A stretch of DNA of 64,000 nt from Azolla caroliniana (lineage: Eukaryota > Plantae > Polypodiophyta): NCBI GenBank assembly GCA_043228905.1, contig JBHGNT010000009.1:6014001-6078000 (forward strand), read 5' to 3'. The notes beneath the pieces are model-generated. The model saw nothing but the letters and a program-made list of their open reading frames with translations, did not search any database and had not been told where the DNA came from. Positions within the stretch are counted from its first letter, which is position 1, and each line of letters opens with the position of its first letter. A program made the translations under genes and the position numbers. Shown here piece after piece: positions 44,801-58,956 of this stretch.

Positions 44801-47800
44801 GTGACGACACGATGTTAGGGCAACTTAAGGGCCTAGCATGGGGAAAGCTGGCACAAACAAGCCTCCTATCTATAGACGATTGGAGATGCATGGTTGTTTC
44901 AGGAAGAGCCCAAGAGGACCTTTTCCCTCCCCTCAAGGGAGCTACGAAAATGCGGAGACTGATAGCTGAGGCAGTTGACAGGGTTCTGATGGGGGAGGCG
45001 AGAGAACATGCATGGTTCGGTCTCTTTGACGAGGCTAGAATGGTCAAGTCGCTAAAGGGTGTGAGCGGATCGGGGAGAGATACAGTTTTTGGGGACAGTC
45101 AAACCAGGGGTTCTTGGCACCCAACCCGAGTGGTGGCACAGGTTGATAACATCTAGAAGACAGACCCGAATGTTGCTAAGGTGGAACCCCATTGGAGGTT
45201 AAGGGTATACGGCTATTGCCCCCTTGTCAATTTGGATTGGGACCCAGGGGATTTCAGATGGAAACATGACGATAGACTCCACCACTTCTTCAATTACACC
45301 ACTAAATTGGGACGGACTTTGCAGATGCAGCTAGGTGGGCCCCTTCACAATGGCTGGCGAACATTGGGCATCCCCGAGGAGGTGCTCATTACCTTTTGGA
45401 AGGGTCTCTGGCATCTCCACATGCCTGAAAAGATTCAGCTCTTTTGGTGGCAGATCGGTCATAATGTGGTGCCTGTTGGCGAATGGCTAAATAAACATGG
45501 CGGCCCATTAGGCTGCCCACTGTGCTCTCGACCTATTGAGACACTGAGACATTATATGTGGGATTGCCCTCAAGCTCAAAAGGTATGGGATAGAGTGACT
45601 CGCCTCCTTGTGGCATGTGAAGTTGAAGGAACAGCCTCATGGAGTGCTGCAACATGGATTGATCACTCAGTCGAAGGGTGGACGGATGCCGTCAATGCGG
45701 ATAGTTGGTGCTATGTATGCACGAGAGGCAAAATCGTCAAGATCCGTTTTGAAAGAGGCTTGCAGCCCGCATCCCCTAGGTTTCCGGAAATCTGGATGTT
45801 GATCGCAGGTTTCACCTTGTGGTATATATGGAAAGCGCGTTGCCTCAAGGTTTTCCAAGGTACGGTACAACCCCGGGAGGAAGTGATCATGGACATATGG
45901 TTCGCGCTTATCAGCTGCCTACGAGGGCAACTGGAAGAGGTTTGCAGCCACTCCAACGACGTGGTCACTGTTTGTTTGCGCTTTTAGCAGAAATTGCGGA
46001 ACACACCTATGGTGATGCAAGGCGGGAGTGGCCCGAGGTGGAACTACCAGCCCCCACGTTGGTTATTTCCTACTCACTTGCCACCCTCTCTTCGTTGTAG
46101 GCCCCAAGAGCCGACTCGTACTAGGCAACATTGAAGGGCATCGCCTTGGATGTAGGTAGCTTCTTACATTAAGTTAGGCCGCAAGGCATTGTAAGTAGGC
46201 TCATCTCCTTTTACTTGATCGGAGGAAGACTCCCCGATGTTTGTATAAGTCTCCTTGTAGACTCTCTATGTAATAATCCTTCCTAACTAATGGGAAAGTA
46301 GCTTCATTTTGAAAAAATAAAAAATAAAAAAAATACATAGTTTCCTACAAGTGTCATACACTACAACTAATGACTATAAATCTGGTGTTTCTCCCATATG
46401 AGAGGGTTGAGGAACACGAGTCATTTGATAATATGTTTTTCATCATGATTTCCAATCTAGCCTAAGCATTGCTTGAACCTTCAATGCAACCTTAAAAAAA
46501 TCGTGCACAAATTTTACTTTTCATTTAGCTAAATGGATGTGTACATTTTTCTATTCCATACTCACAAAATTATAACCCGTGCTTCGTATTATGCCACTAG
46601 CTGCAGACGCAAAGTTGACCCCTTTGAGTATGTTTGCTCCTTTTGTTGTTGGAGCTAAATAAGGTGGTGGAAATGGAAGCCCAATCTTCTCCGCTACATT
46701 ACAACACAATGTTAATGTTATTTAATTAAGTATAGCAATGTTGGAGCACCAATCTTAAACATAATGTAGGTCTTGTTCTTAGACATTGTGTCAAATACCT
46801 TATCGGTAATTAAAATATAAATGATAGGAATAAGCGATCATATTTAATTTTGGCACTACCATTAACCCATTATTGTTATCTAGTGGCTTGAGACTTCAAC
46901 TTCAACCTTGTGTTGTAGACTAATATTCACCGCTACACAATCCTCCATGTTGAAATACAAATATAGAACTTTTAGGATTTTGGTATAATTTGCAAGGACA
47001 TCTAGAGTCTCCAAGAACCATGCACATAATTTCTTGCTTACAAATTTGGTGTGTTTCCCTCCACACATGCACAACCTTTTATGTAGACTAAGCTTTTGTA
47101 AATTCTAGTAAAAAGTTCATGAAATAGGCATTGTTCTTAGAGTATTTTTCCGAAGTCCATGAGATCGAATTGTTGTTTTGTGAAAAAGCTACACCATTTT
47201 GTTATCCACTTATTTTCACAATTCTATGTTTTAACGTATAACGAATTTGTTATTCGAAAATTTGATAATCGTTCCTCTGCCAATATTGAACATCCTTTGT
47301 TTAATAACTTCGTATAGAATAGTTCCTTAAGTTTAGTAATTGAATTGGAATACAAGTCTTACATAGATTTAAATATTATTGTGATTTTTTATCATCATTT
47401 ACCTCCTTACTATTGTTTTAATTCAAATTGGCCATTATTGTCGACATCTAGAGTTCCTCACATTTGTTTTGTCATAGTGGTCCAACCAACCATCCTTCAC
47501 ATCAATGTTTTTTTCCATAAAACTACAAATCATCAAGTCACTCAAGTTTATATTTGCTCTAAATCTCTAATTAGTTTGATAATAGTTTGGTCCAATGCCT
47601 TTATCAAATACCTTTGTCCTTCACCAATAAGTACACTGTACACCATAACATTTGACACATGTTCTCCTTCTATCTACCTTTGCAACTTTTCCAATACTCT
47701 TTGTTCCCTTCATATGAAGATTAGCTTTGTCATGTGTCTCTCTATTTAATTGCATCACGTGTTATCATTGTCACCTTTGTGTGATTAATAATGTTGGCAA

Positions 47801-50800
47801 ATTAGTCAAACTCTTGGTCCCCTTTCTTTATTACATTTAAAGATACTTAGACAAGTTTAACTTTATTATACTTAATGTGGTTGTTCAAAATTTTGGAGAA
47901 GATTTGAAATTAGATTTATGGATCGGTGCCATGTGGCTTGAATATCAAGTTGATCATAATGCTATTATTTGTTAGTTCTTGGCTAATAAAATGACATGAC
48001 ATGACATGATGCTTAGGAAATGAATGTGGTTCTAATTGAAATCAAGGTGCTGATTTGAATGACGAATAAGGTGTGCATTTTTTTTATGAGAGAGAGAGAA
48101 ATGGTCAATGACTTAATATAAGCCCTAGAAATAATTTTTTTTAAGAAGGAATAAAAACATATATGCAAAGGCCAAAGCAGGCCATGAGACAAAACATGTG
48201 CATGAATATTTGTCCTCTTTCTAACCAGACTCTAAACAATCAAATAATTGACAATTCATAGTTGGGTGCTATGCATGAATCATGATGACAAGTTGCCCTT
48301 CGAATGTGTAAGTGTAACAATTCAAGCCTTCATATGATATTCAATGAATAAACACACTCACCATGAACCTTTAGTCGGGCCAAGATATTGCTTTATTGAA
48401 CATTGGATAATCCAAAAGTTGCGAAATATGTTCCATATAAAGCCTTTGCCACACGTGTTATTGATTTTGTATTCTCATTGAGAATGTAATAAATGACACA
48501 AGCTCTACATGGCACTAAAGCTCTCTCTATCACATGCTTGAGGCCAATGTAGCCACCCACATTTTGATATATACCATGAATTAAATGTACCCTTTACGTA
48601 TTCAATAAAACAATCCTACAATAATAATACAAGGAACATTTATAACTTACCTATAATCGAAGGCTACCCATACTAAACTATAGTGTCATACTAGAAATTC
48701 ATGTTTCATATCATAGGCCCAACACCTAGCTACCAACTCACATTTTGTGAGGTTCTCATGAATTAAGTATATCCTTCACATTTTAAATATATAGTAGATA
48801 TTTCCCCCTTGCATGTTTTATAGTGAGCCAATAGAGTTGCCAATACATTAACAATAATTATAAGCAAAAGTAATCTTACAATATCTACCTTTTAGGTCCA
48901 ATAAAAAAGTTTAGAAAGAACCCTAAATAATATCCTTTTATGGGATATTTTGGTTAAATTCTATATTATGGACATTTTTGGCATCACAAATTTGGAAACC
49001 AAAGTTTGTAATTGAGGTTTGACCTTAAACATTATAGTGAAAGAGCAATGAGTGATGATGAAAATACCATAAAAGGACACTTTTTTAAGTAGAGTCTAGA
49101 CTCTTGAACTAATGTTGGACCTTATGGGATATAGTGCTACTCATTGAATTTTGATGAAGTAGAGATCTATATATTTTGAAATTGAAATCCTTGTGACGAA
49201 ATGTAGAAAAGCTATCATTAGTCTTCCATAAAGCCAAGAATAATGATTTATGCGTATACTCTTAGACATTTTTAGGAAATTATCACAATAAAAAGGTCCT
49301 ATGAGAACACCATGTGAGAAACATTCATAATTTACTCTATAATTGATGGTCACCATATTACTCTACAATGTTATTGTGGAATCTCTAGCTAGGGTGTTGA
49401 ATCACTTGTGAGAGAATCTTAACTTTACATCTACCGAACTACTATAAACTCCTAAGATCAAAATAAAATTGGAAAAAACCCACATACTCCGATGCTTAGA
49501 AGTGGAGCACCTATCTTGTAAGATTTCATTGTGAAGTGAACAAATCTACGTTAAAAAGAAGAATTTATGAGCCAAGTGAAAAATGGAGCTTGATCACAAT
49601 TGGGATCCTCTTCATCTCCAAGAGACTCATCAAAGTATTTCTTATTAGAGAAATTCTCTCTAGAACAACGCAACATGTGAGCTAAAATTGATATTTAGAC
49701 CCATCACACATAGAGGGCTTGATACTATATGAGAAGCATTTCTCGTTTCCTATTTAAAATGTCAACATTTCATTCAATTTGATGTTGTCATGCCTAGCTC
49801 GCACTTGTCCACAATCATTGGCAATTACAAGAATTTACAACGAATCTCCCTTCTGTATGAAAATAATATAATGCATATAGTTCATAAAATGTAATCTCAA
49901 GTCAAGTTCCAATTTGCTTGTAGAACATGGTCTCTCCAAGAGCAAATGCTGAGCTAAACTTGCTCTCTCTCATGGGCCAAATTTGGTCTTAGAAGACGTT
50001 AATATATCTTTTGTTTTTCTTTCTTTTTATCACACACACAAACAATTGAAGTCAATACACTACCTTAATGTAGTCGTATGATCTATGGTTGACACAATAA
50101 CAAATACATTACATGGTAATTAATATTAGATGTTATCTTCCCTAGAATTATGCATTTAAAATTGATGTACATATGTGATGCATTAAACTACTACATGACA
50201 GTCATCAAGTTTTTATTAATGACTATAGTTTGGGATGTTTTGAGATGAATTATCCAACCAAATTAATGCCAATCAGTCAAGCATTAGGAGGGTGGCACAT
50301 ACATAACCTCTAAATTTGAAAGGAGAACTAGTTCTAATGGCATGCGTATTAACAAATTGACAACTAATATTATTTGGTGGAATTAACAACCAAATTGATG
50401 CCAAGTTTGATCATACAAGAGTAACATGTCTCATCTTTGAGTTTGGCTTGCATACTAGTTGGAGTGAATGCCATGATTAAGAACTAACTTGTGTGTGTTT
50501 GTGTGGATGAATTAACAAATAATGTTGGGAACAATTAATGAGCATCAAATGTTTGGATGAATGAATCAACAACAAATATACCCAAAGGATAGTAACCTAC
50601 AATCGATGTGTGGATGAATTAGCAAAACATTAAACAATGTAAACAACTAATATATGGACAAATCTTAGGACGAATTTGAATACAATCAAGATTGACAGGT
50701 GCCAAGATTGCTAAGGAAATGGGGAGGGAGATTTATGTTTCACAATCATACCAACGAAATCGATGAGCAACTTGCCATTGCAAAAACGACCGGTAGGTCC

Positions 50801-51079
50801 GGAGGGGAAGTCGATGCCAAAGGGGAGACTATTGGCCTTGGCTATGGTGGTGATGTAGTTGTTATTTCCAACATCTACTAACGAATCACCGAGGATAAAG
50901 AAGGCCGGGAATGATTTCGTTATATTTCCTATGCCTACTCCCCCTACCAAATTTCCTTCACTAACTCTAGTACTAGTTCTAGTGTTAGTGTTATAACTAG
51001 TACTCTCCATGGCACATACTACTCCATGCCACCCTAACACCACTACTACCCACCATATCACTTCTACATTCTTCATCAT
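41702..51079 (-). CDS. GDSL/SGNH esterase-lipase, 5 exons (51079-50752, 46693-46566, 43564-43325, 42661-42409, 41883-41702), 376 aa, likely secreted
   Basis: Block [19 protein letters not shown], block [13 protein letters not shown], block III IGANDY, block [10 protein letters not shown]. All introns are GT-AG with phases 1,0,0,1, giving a 1131-nt open frame. Hydrophobic N-terminus. Confidence 0.95.
42409..42661 (-). CDS. GDSL lipase exon 4
   Basis: [22 protein letters not shown]...NPTKYG, with AG/GT borders. Confidence 0.93.
43325..43564 (-). CDS. GDSL lipase exon 3
   Basis: [10 protein letters not shown]...[16 protein letters not shown]...QLV, with AG/GT borders. Confidence 0.93.
44228..46495. 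repeat. About 190-bp intronic tandem repeat (3 copies), split by the LINE insertion
   Basis: TGACTATAAAT..TTTCTCCCATATGAG..GAGGAAC..GTCATTTGATAATATG recurs near 44265, 44465 and 46370. Confidence 0.8.
44618..46333 (+). mobile_element. 5'-truncated L1-like LINE (ORF2 C-terminus with zf-RVT, 3' UTR, poly-A) in GDSL intron 2
   Basis: [39 protein letters not shown]-rich tail at 46312-46333. Confidence 0.88.
46566..46693 (-). CDS. GDSL lipase exon 2
   Basis: [43 protein letters not shown]. Confidence 0.93.
50752..51079 (-). CDS. GDSL lipase exon 1
   Basis: Signal-like N-terminus, [33 protein letters not shown], then donor GTATGA. Confidence 0.93.
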
Positions 51080-51138
51080 GATCTTTCTCTCGAGTCTCTC
51101 TCTCTCTCACACACACAAAACAGAAGCACTTCTTAGTC

Positions 51139-51148
51139 TTTATATTAA
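51139..51148 (-). promoter_or_regulatory. Candidate TATA box of the GDSL gene
   Basis: TAATATAAAG about 60 nt upstream of the ATG. Position only. Confidence 0.35.
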
Positions 51149-54063
51149 GTGCTTAAAAGCTGCTTTTAAATGTAGCCATAACCTAACTAACGGGATAGTA
51201 AGAGTCAAGACCTCCCTTTTGTCTTTATATTGATATCTTTTGGGTGTTTCAAAGATGTAGCATTAAGAGATACTTTATTAAGATATACGTAGCATGCCTA
51301 AGCTTTGATAATGGCAATTATTTTCTGCAATATGCTTATATAAGCGTGATGGTGTCACTTCCCTAGGTTTGGTGGTGATCCCAAGTCCTCAACCTACCTA
51401 GGGTAGTAGTTATATGGTGGTGCTCTCAGCATAGGCATAACAAGGTATGGTTTGTCGATGGCGGATGAGGGGCTACTAGGCGCACACACTTAAACTGATC
51501 GTTAGAAAGAGGCCATGAAAATCTCGGTGTATGGGTCACACATAGTCAACCCCTTGATGTGTAGGAGAAGTTGAAATTTAGTAGGGATCTACACTTCAGC
51601 TTCGTCATAGAAAAGTGTGGAGGCATTGGTAATATTGTTAGTCGGGATTATCATACACCAAACAAACTTGTCACTTGCAATTTTTGTTTCTTGATCTAAA
51701 AATATTGAGATGCAACTTACCTATGGATAATATTGAAGTTTAACTAATCCTTTTCTATGGCCATTCCCGTTATATACATCATTCCTTGACTCTAATCCAT
51801 TTAGGTACTCTTTCCTATAACAATTTGATAATTCTATGGGGCTGTATACTATATGTATTTAATATGTATAAAAACATATTGACTTAGTACTCATTTTCTT
51901 ATTGAATGGTGTCGTCAACTACTTTATTTTACTTTCCAAAGCATGTGTTATGGCTCATAAATGTACTTGGGTAATTTTATATCACGATTCACAAGTGACA
52001 TTCTTCAACTATACTTATCATGCCAAAATGTCGTCGGATAATAGTCAAGCCTAGTTATTTATTGTTTAGAGGACCTCTCTACCTAGCCATTAGATGATAG
52101 GCACATATTATAGTTTGTTGAATCAAGTCTGCTATATGAATGTAGGAGATCGCTTAATTCTATCTTTTAGAAATATCCACAATATTCAAAGTAGAAATCT
52201 CAATTGATTGAAATTTTGAGTCAAAGTATGATGAATAAAATATTACTAGATTTGTTTTTGAATAGATCGAAAAGCTAGAATGTGAAAACTATCATAGTCT
52301 TGCAAAATTTGAGTTCCACATTTTAGGTAGATAAGATGCCAGATTGTATGACATTTATTATGTTGACGATAAATCTTATTTAGTCCAATTCATCTATACC
52401 TTCCTATCTACTTGCCGATGAAAACTTTCAAGCCAATGCGTGAAGTTGATTGAAAACACAACTTGCCAAAGAATACATGCCACCATACATATATGCCATA
52501 GAAGAGATTGTAGGTAACATGTCAAATAAGGTCGTTAGAGTAATTTAATGCCAAGTCTCAATAGATTTTCAAATTTCATAAGAAAAACAAACATTAAAGA
52601 TATCCCTTTCTCAGGTTAGTCTATCAAACAAGGTTCATGAATAATAGAATGATGATTGACATCCATAACAGGCATCAACAATGGTTGTTGGATCCATCAA
52701 ATGTGAAAATTTCCAAAGCTTGAGAGTTCACAAAAAAAGTATTATGAAAGATGCCCTTTTTATGTTGCTATTGAAATAAAATGTCGGTAAGGGGTCCTTC
52801 TGATAGAAAATATCAACTTGTGAAGCTACAATCCACTCAATTTCATTACCTTTTTCAAAAAAGGTCCTTATTATTTCAATGAGAAGGTTTGCTAAAGCTT
52901 GAAAGTCATATTCTTGAGAATGAACATGTTTTTGGTGCACATGGCAATGATTGCATAATTTAAAACAATGATGTAATGTTGTTTGTGTAGCACTAGATGT
53001 CTAAATATTTTTATTGATTTCACCACCTACTATGCATTGGCCCTCATTAGTTTGATTAATGATTGAATATATTGATCAAGTCCATAGATGATGTTTTGAA
53101 CATTCGAATTGGTCACAAGCAAGAAATATCGTGAGTCAATCTTGTTCTTATGGGGTCTTCTTGTGATTACTTCATAAGGTGAAATTTTAATTGTAAGCTT
53201 CTACCAAATGTATTGATTAAATAAACCGCCGTATGTATTAAAGGTGCTTGTGCAACCATCATGTAATTCAAGTTTTTACAACATCCAAAAGTTTATGATG
53301 AAAATTCTATTGCATGTTTTAGCACCTGCCCCCCTCTGTTTCTCTATTTAGTTGTCTCATTTCAAGCTTCTATATTTTGATGATGCCACAAGTTCATTGA
53401 TGGATTCTGACTTTTTCAAGTGTATGCAAATATTGAAACAAATTCCCCTTAGCTAAAAAAGTTGGTTTGACCCTTAGGACACAAGATGGTTGAGAAGAAA
53501 AGAAAGCTGAATTGATGATGTACCATTGCATTGCATTGGTCCTCATATGTGTAGCCTTATTGGTTAGGTGTGACTTTATTAAGGTCCACTTGCATGCATG
53601 GTGACACGAAAATATTAAGTCTTTTAATCCATTCTACGCAAAAACCCTCTTGTATTTGGATTTAGAATATGCAGCAACTACAAGTATGGAGTCACCCTTT
53701 TAGTTGGTAGTATCTCTCAAAGAAGATCCTTGACTTTAATTACTCATATTGACAACAAAGTCTTCCCATTGTGAGAATCTATTGCCTACTATCCTATTAG
53801 AAAAAGTAATATACTAGTTAGTGATGGTTCTTCTAAGTTTCTAACCTCTCCTCTCACATTATATATCTCCATCCAAAGTGCATTAATTAAATTAGGGTCT
53901 TTTAACATTTTTCTAGGTTGACAAAGAGTATTAAATATGTCACATTTAACACTCATTAAAAATGTTGATTCATGATTATATGACATATTTATCAGAGTCG
54001 TTACTTTTTAGATGACATAATTAAACCATCTACATCACTTGGAGGTTAGAAAATACAATTAAA

Positions 54064-56112
54064 GGAAGTGGGAGCCTTGAGCGGAGCAACGGAACGGCGC
54101 GCCAGTGCAGGGCGGAGGTTTGCTGTGTGAGCTTCTCACTAGGAGGTCCGACACAGCGGAATAGTGGCGCGGGAGGTTTGACCCGCGCCAGTGAGCAGCG
54201 GAAACGGATCCGGAGCAGGAGCAATTTTGGACCGCGCCAGTGCAGGGAGGAGGTCTGTAGACGTGGGGCACAGAAGCCTCTCTTTGCTAATTTCGGTATA
54301 GGTGCCTCTCTCTGCTCATTTCGGCACAAAACCCTCTCTCTACTCGTCACAACCTCCCCGCCGCTGCTACTTCGACCTCCTCCAGTTCGAGGAGTGACCC
54401 CCCCCCCCCCCCCCCTATTCGACAAGTGAGAACTCACCAACCACAGTTCGAGTAGGTGGGCTCCCACTCCCGTAACCCCCCCCCCCCCCCCTGCCCCCCC
54501 CCGAAAAAAGAAGAAGAAGAAGCCTGACTACTACCCCCCAAACACATTGGAAGACTCCGTCAATCATGGGAACTTTGAACATCACCCCTATTGATCACAT
54601 AGCACAAACAGGCCCCACGATTGATAACTGAAAAATGCAAGATAAAAGCAACTCTAATAGTGGGGGTCCTTTTGAGATTATTTTCAATAACGAAGAAAGG
54701 CTTCTACTTGAGCAAGAGATAGAGCGCCTTGAGCGAATAGCGGTCATATGCCATGTGATGGGATCACGACCAAACAGAGGCTTGTTGCGATATATGCTGC
54801 AAGCTAAATTTCATTCACAACTACGTGGTATAAAAGAAGTCCAACCGCTTGGTAAAGGCTTCTATACAATCACACTAGAGGACAAGGATTCTGCAGCGAA
54901 CCTCATAGCAATATCTCCCTATCAGGTCCGAAACACAACGATATATGCTGCAAGCTAAATTTCATTCACAACTATGTGGTATAAAAGAAGTCCAACCGCT
55001 TGGTAAAGGCTTCTATAAAATCACACTAGAGGACAAGGATTCTGCAGCGAACCTCATAGCAATATCTCCCTATCAGGTCCGAAACACATGGTTGTTCATG
55101 CGTAAATGGACACATGGTTTTAACCCAGAGAAAGCCGCGCAACAGGATGATTAAATGAAAAAGGTAACAATGTTATTTCCGGGATTATCCTTAGAATACA
55201 ACATGTTACTTCCTACTATTAGAAACTCCTTGGGTATGATATTGGACGAGGAACTAACGCTATCAGACAGGCTAAAGAAACACCTAGGCCCTCCCTCTAT
55301 CCACCTCTTGGTGAAGGACATCAACAAACTTCCTTCCAAGATCCTCATTCCGGGGAAAAACGGAATATGGATTGAACAACGCATAGAAGTGATCGACGCA
55401 CCGGGACAATTTTTTGCATGCAGAAAGCTTGGTCATTTAAAAAAGAACTGCCCCACAAGATGCATTAAGGATTCCACCATGGAGACCTTGGACGGTCGGG
55501 ACACCATAGGAAATCAGAAGCCTCCCCCACTATGACCCGATAAGGATGTGATGGAATGGCGAGTGGTGGGGAAATCCCATGTCCTACATAAAACTCCACA
55601 GTCACAAAATCCTCCATCGCTAGTGAGCCCCAATCGTTTTGATCTACTACAAGAACTCCCCCCCACAGATGAGCACTCCACCAGTGCTTTCTTAAGCCCC
55701 AAGGAAAAACCCAAGGTGACCCCAAACACACAAGAGAAAATCCTCGTTAAAGCTTACAAAACAGGGAAGCGTCGAAGGATAAGTCATGTTAAGACCCTAA
55801 TGCAGAGCTTTAATGGAACTGCACCCAATGGAGAAACAACAAACCAAGGCAGTAGTTTGAATATCACATCTCAGATCATAGCCTTCCCAGCCATAAATGA
55901 GGGTGATACATCTAGCCAGGACCTTGAACAACACCCGCAAAATGCCCTGAAATGGCTAGGTATAGGGCATACGACAATGGACAAAATAAGGGTACATGTA
56001 TCGGCGGTACACAAGAATGGAGTACCGACGAACTCAATTTCTTTTCCACTCTTGCTTCCAGCACAAGAGGATTGGTCCAAGTCCAAGATCAAAGATACCC
56101 TATGCAGTCAAG
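54064..56112 (+). mobile_element. 5' part of an L1-like LINE (GC-rich 5' UTR with poly-C runs; disrupted ORF1 with an internal duplication of about 150 bp)
   Basis: ORF1-like VQPLGKGFY..MRKWTHGF and a degenerate knuckle FFACRKLGHLKKNC. 55605-56112 is homologous to 40690-41190. Duplication at 54790-54936 / 54941-55088. Confidence 0.8.
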
Positions 56113-57432
56113 TGTTAAGAAAAGAAATGTAACAGTTCATGCGGGAAGCGTGAACTGCTGAACGCCCCGTGTGTATAAAGGGCATAAATCCTCTGTAACG
56201 GACAGAATGGGTAAATAGATTAGAAGCGTTAAGAAAAGCAATGTAACAGTTCATGCGGGAAGCGTGAACGGCTGAACGCCCCATGTGTATAAAGGGCATA
56301 AATCCTCTGTAAGAGGGAGCGTGTAACTTTTAAGCATAAGGCTTTCTTTTTCTAATAGAATCTTATCTTCTCTGATTGTCTGTGTCTGTGCAACATGTGC
56401 TGACTTGTGTAATCTTTGTACTATTGTGTAAGTGTGTCTTAGAAAGCGTAGGGTAAGAGCCAACGTAGTAGCGCACTCAGGTTCTCGGTCGTAGCTGTGA
56501 ACCTTCACCCATAGATACTCATTATTACACAACCAACGGAGTACGACTCATGCCTCGTGTAACGGCATACCTTGCCACGCAATCCCCTTGAGGTCTATCT
56601 TGAAGGACTGAAGATAGACAATGTTTCGTATCGGTAACACGTTTGGCACGCCCAGTGATTTGTGATTTCTCACAGACGAACAACAAGGGATGGATGTCTA
56701 GTTGTAGATGACCCAGAGAACCGACCCGACTAGACCAACCACTCACGAGGTCCATCACACGCCAGACAGAGGAGCGCGCAAAGCAAAAACCTCGCTTTAG
56801 CTACTCCCTTCAGGAATACAAAGTCGACTCCACGCTCACCAAACAACGCGATGTCAAGCAGGAAGTCCTACCACCACACGAGAACCGTGGTCTTCCCCTA
56901 CCCACCATAGTGTCCGGAATGGCCTTCTCCTATCCACGCTTCAACAACAAAACAGACGCCCCAAGCCACACCCGGCTGTTCCTGAATGTTTGGAACGCTA
57001 ATCACATGGTGCAACGGCTTCCAGTAGTGGAAGCACACTAATCGAAGATTGCAAAGTTCAGATTAACTCTGGATGGGAGAGCGGCGTGCTGGCACTCTCA
57101 GATGGACCTGGCAGCAATCACGACCTTTGATTAGTTGCAATTAGCATTTTTGCGATTTTGTCATAGAAGAGTACCGCAACGAGAGATTATTGGGCAATTT
57201 TACACCATCAAGCAACCGCCAATAGAATCCATTGCGGATTTTAGTCTACGACGACAGCTTACACGGGCCCCAACATATGAGGAAGCTAAGGAGAAATTTT
57301 TGGCAACCCTCCTATGACCTATCAGAACGACGCTGAACACGCATAGTGTGAAAGGGGAAACAACCGATATGGTTATAGAGCGAGCATTACAACTCGAATT
57401 GGAAGAAGAAGATGACGGATTTTCCATGTCGA
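56113..57432 (+). mobile_element. Gypsy fragment G: LTR 56113-56639 (internal U3 duplication), Arg-like PBS, gag remnant
   Basis: TGTTAAG...GGTAACA, then TGGCACGCCCAGTG. PRF..FRLTLDGRAACW..FYTIKQ..ESIADF resembles the A gag. Confidence 0.7.
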
Positions 57433-58330
57433 TGTTAGTCAGCCGGCAAGGGAAGTCCAAAATGGGAAAAGGGGGATAATTAATAACCGGGAGCTGATTA
57501 TATATAATATAGAATTATTATGATTTTGAGAAGCGAACGAACGAACTCAAAATCGGTATGCCAATCCGGGTCCGGACCGGTTTGTCGCCGATTGCCGGTT
57601 GGCACCGGTATGTACCTAGAGCCAGAGACCTATAAAAGGGCCCAGTTAGATTGTAAACATTAGCGGATAATTAATAGAGTGCCGTTGTTCTGTATCTTAA
57701 TTAGTGTTAATTACCGTTCTGTGCTAAGTATAATTCATCTTACACATGTATTGTGACTAATGATCTTGCCGATTAGTAACCAATTAGGATTTCATTAATA
57801 GTTCGGTCTAAGTTTATCTCACCGCAACACCCCTTTGACGAAGTGTCTCAAAGGGACACCCTATGTTAGGCCATTGTCCGGCCCTAACGATAACACAGTT
57901 TTTGGCGAGCACGATTCCTGCACAAACGCAGCGAACAACGGCGGACATAGATGACTAGACCAACAAACGACTCGGTTACGGAGCGCGCAAGAAGACATGC
58001 CGAACGACTGCGAAAGCGACAGGCTTTCCAGCAGGCGGCAGAAGAGATCCGTGCGGATCGGTCATTTTCGAAAGTAATCCGGTGAGTGGCCGTGGAGTCA
58101 CTCCGCGGGCAGCAGAATTCCCAACCAGACGAAGGAAGCAGCTTGAGCATTCTTCGGGACGCGGAATCCATTCTGCAGGCACTAGTGACAGGGGCAGGCG
58201 ATTCGGAACCGTTCTCGGCCTTCGAATAAGATTCAGACGGCGGATGCAACGCCCATTCGAATTGAGGCTTCCTCCATGACCCATGCTATGTTTTCTTCTT
58301 CTAATATTCCTTGTTCTTTTAACCAATGTT
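57433..58330 (+). mobile_element. Fragment H: LTR-like sequence 57433-57895 plus the start of an internal region
   Basis: TGTTAG...ATAACA with an internal TATAAAA, followed by PBS-like TGGCGAGCACG. Confidence 0.55.
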
Positions 58331-58399
58331 CAAAGCTTTGAACTTGTCGCTTCTCTCTCACATTGAGTGTAGTCATCCCACATGCACCATTAGGTGTTA

Positions 58400-58956
58400 A
58401 ATATATGTTTCCTTCTTGCTTTCTTCTTCTTCTTGGGGACTTACATTTTCTCGGACTATCTTTGTCCCATTCTACAATAGTCCGTGTTAAAAATCGGAGG
58501 CCTCATCTCTGAGGCTATCTCAATTCCTCTCATGATTAGCTCGCACCGTCAAGAGTTGAACCGACTTCCAACCATCGAGACTCGTCACCCGAGCGAATGC
58601 CGCTCCACTGTCGAACACCTTAGTCTCCATCCTTGATGATGTTATGTAGGGTTGCCCAAGAATCACCGAATGGGAAGCCGAATCTTGCACAAAGAAGTGT
58701 TGGTCAATCTCGACATCCCCAATTGTGACTTGAACATTGGGACATGCTCCATAGAGATCTTCTGCTGCCTTCGTCGCCGCATGAATCTTCCATCCATGGT
58801 TTTTGTTGATAGGCCATCTTCCCTTCTTGTAAAAATCCATCGACATGAGGTTAATCTCTGATCCGTGGTCTATAAGAGCCACAACCGTCTCTTTCTTCTC
58901 TCTAATCTTCACCAAAGTTTCTGTTGTTGCTCTCACCCAATGGGGTCGTGTATAAT
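58400..58956 (-). pseudogene. Relic of a C-family gypsy (protease and frameshift signal)
   Basis: YTRPHWVRATTET..ALIDHGSEINLMS..ILGQPY..ANHERN, clearly homologous to the C protease. Confidence 0.9.

Noticed and set aside
52300-53500. Possible decayed transposase or integrase upstream of the GDSL gene
   Set aside because: Only a vague CxxC/H pattern, with no convincing catalytic motifs by eye. A translated HMM search would be needed.
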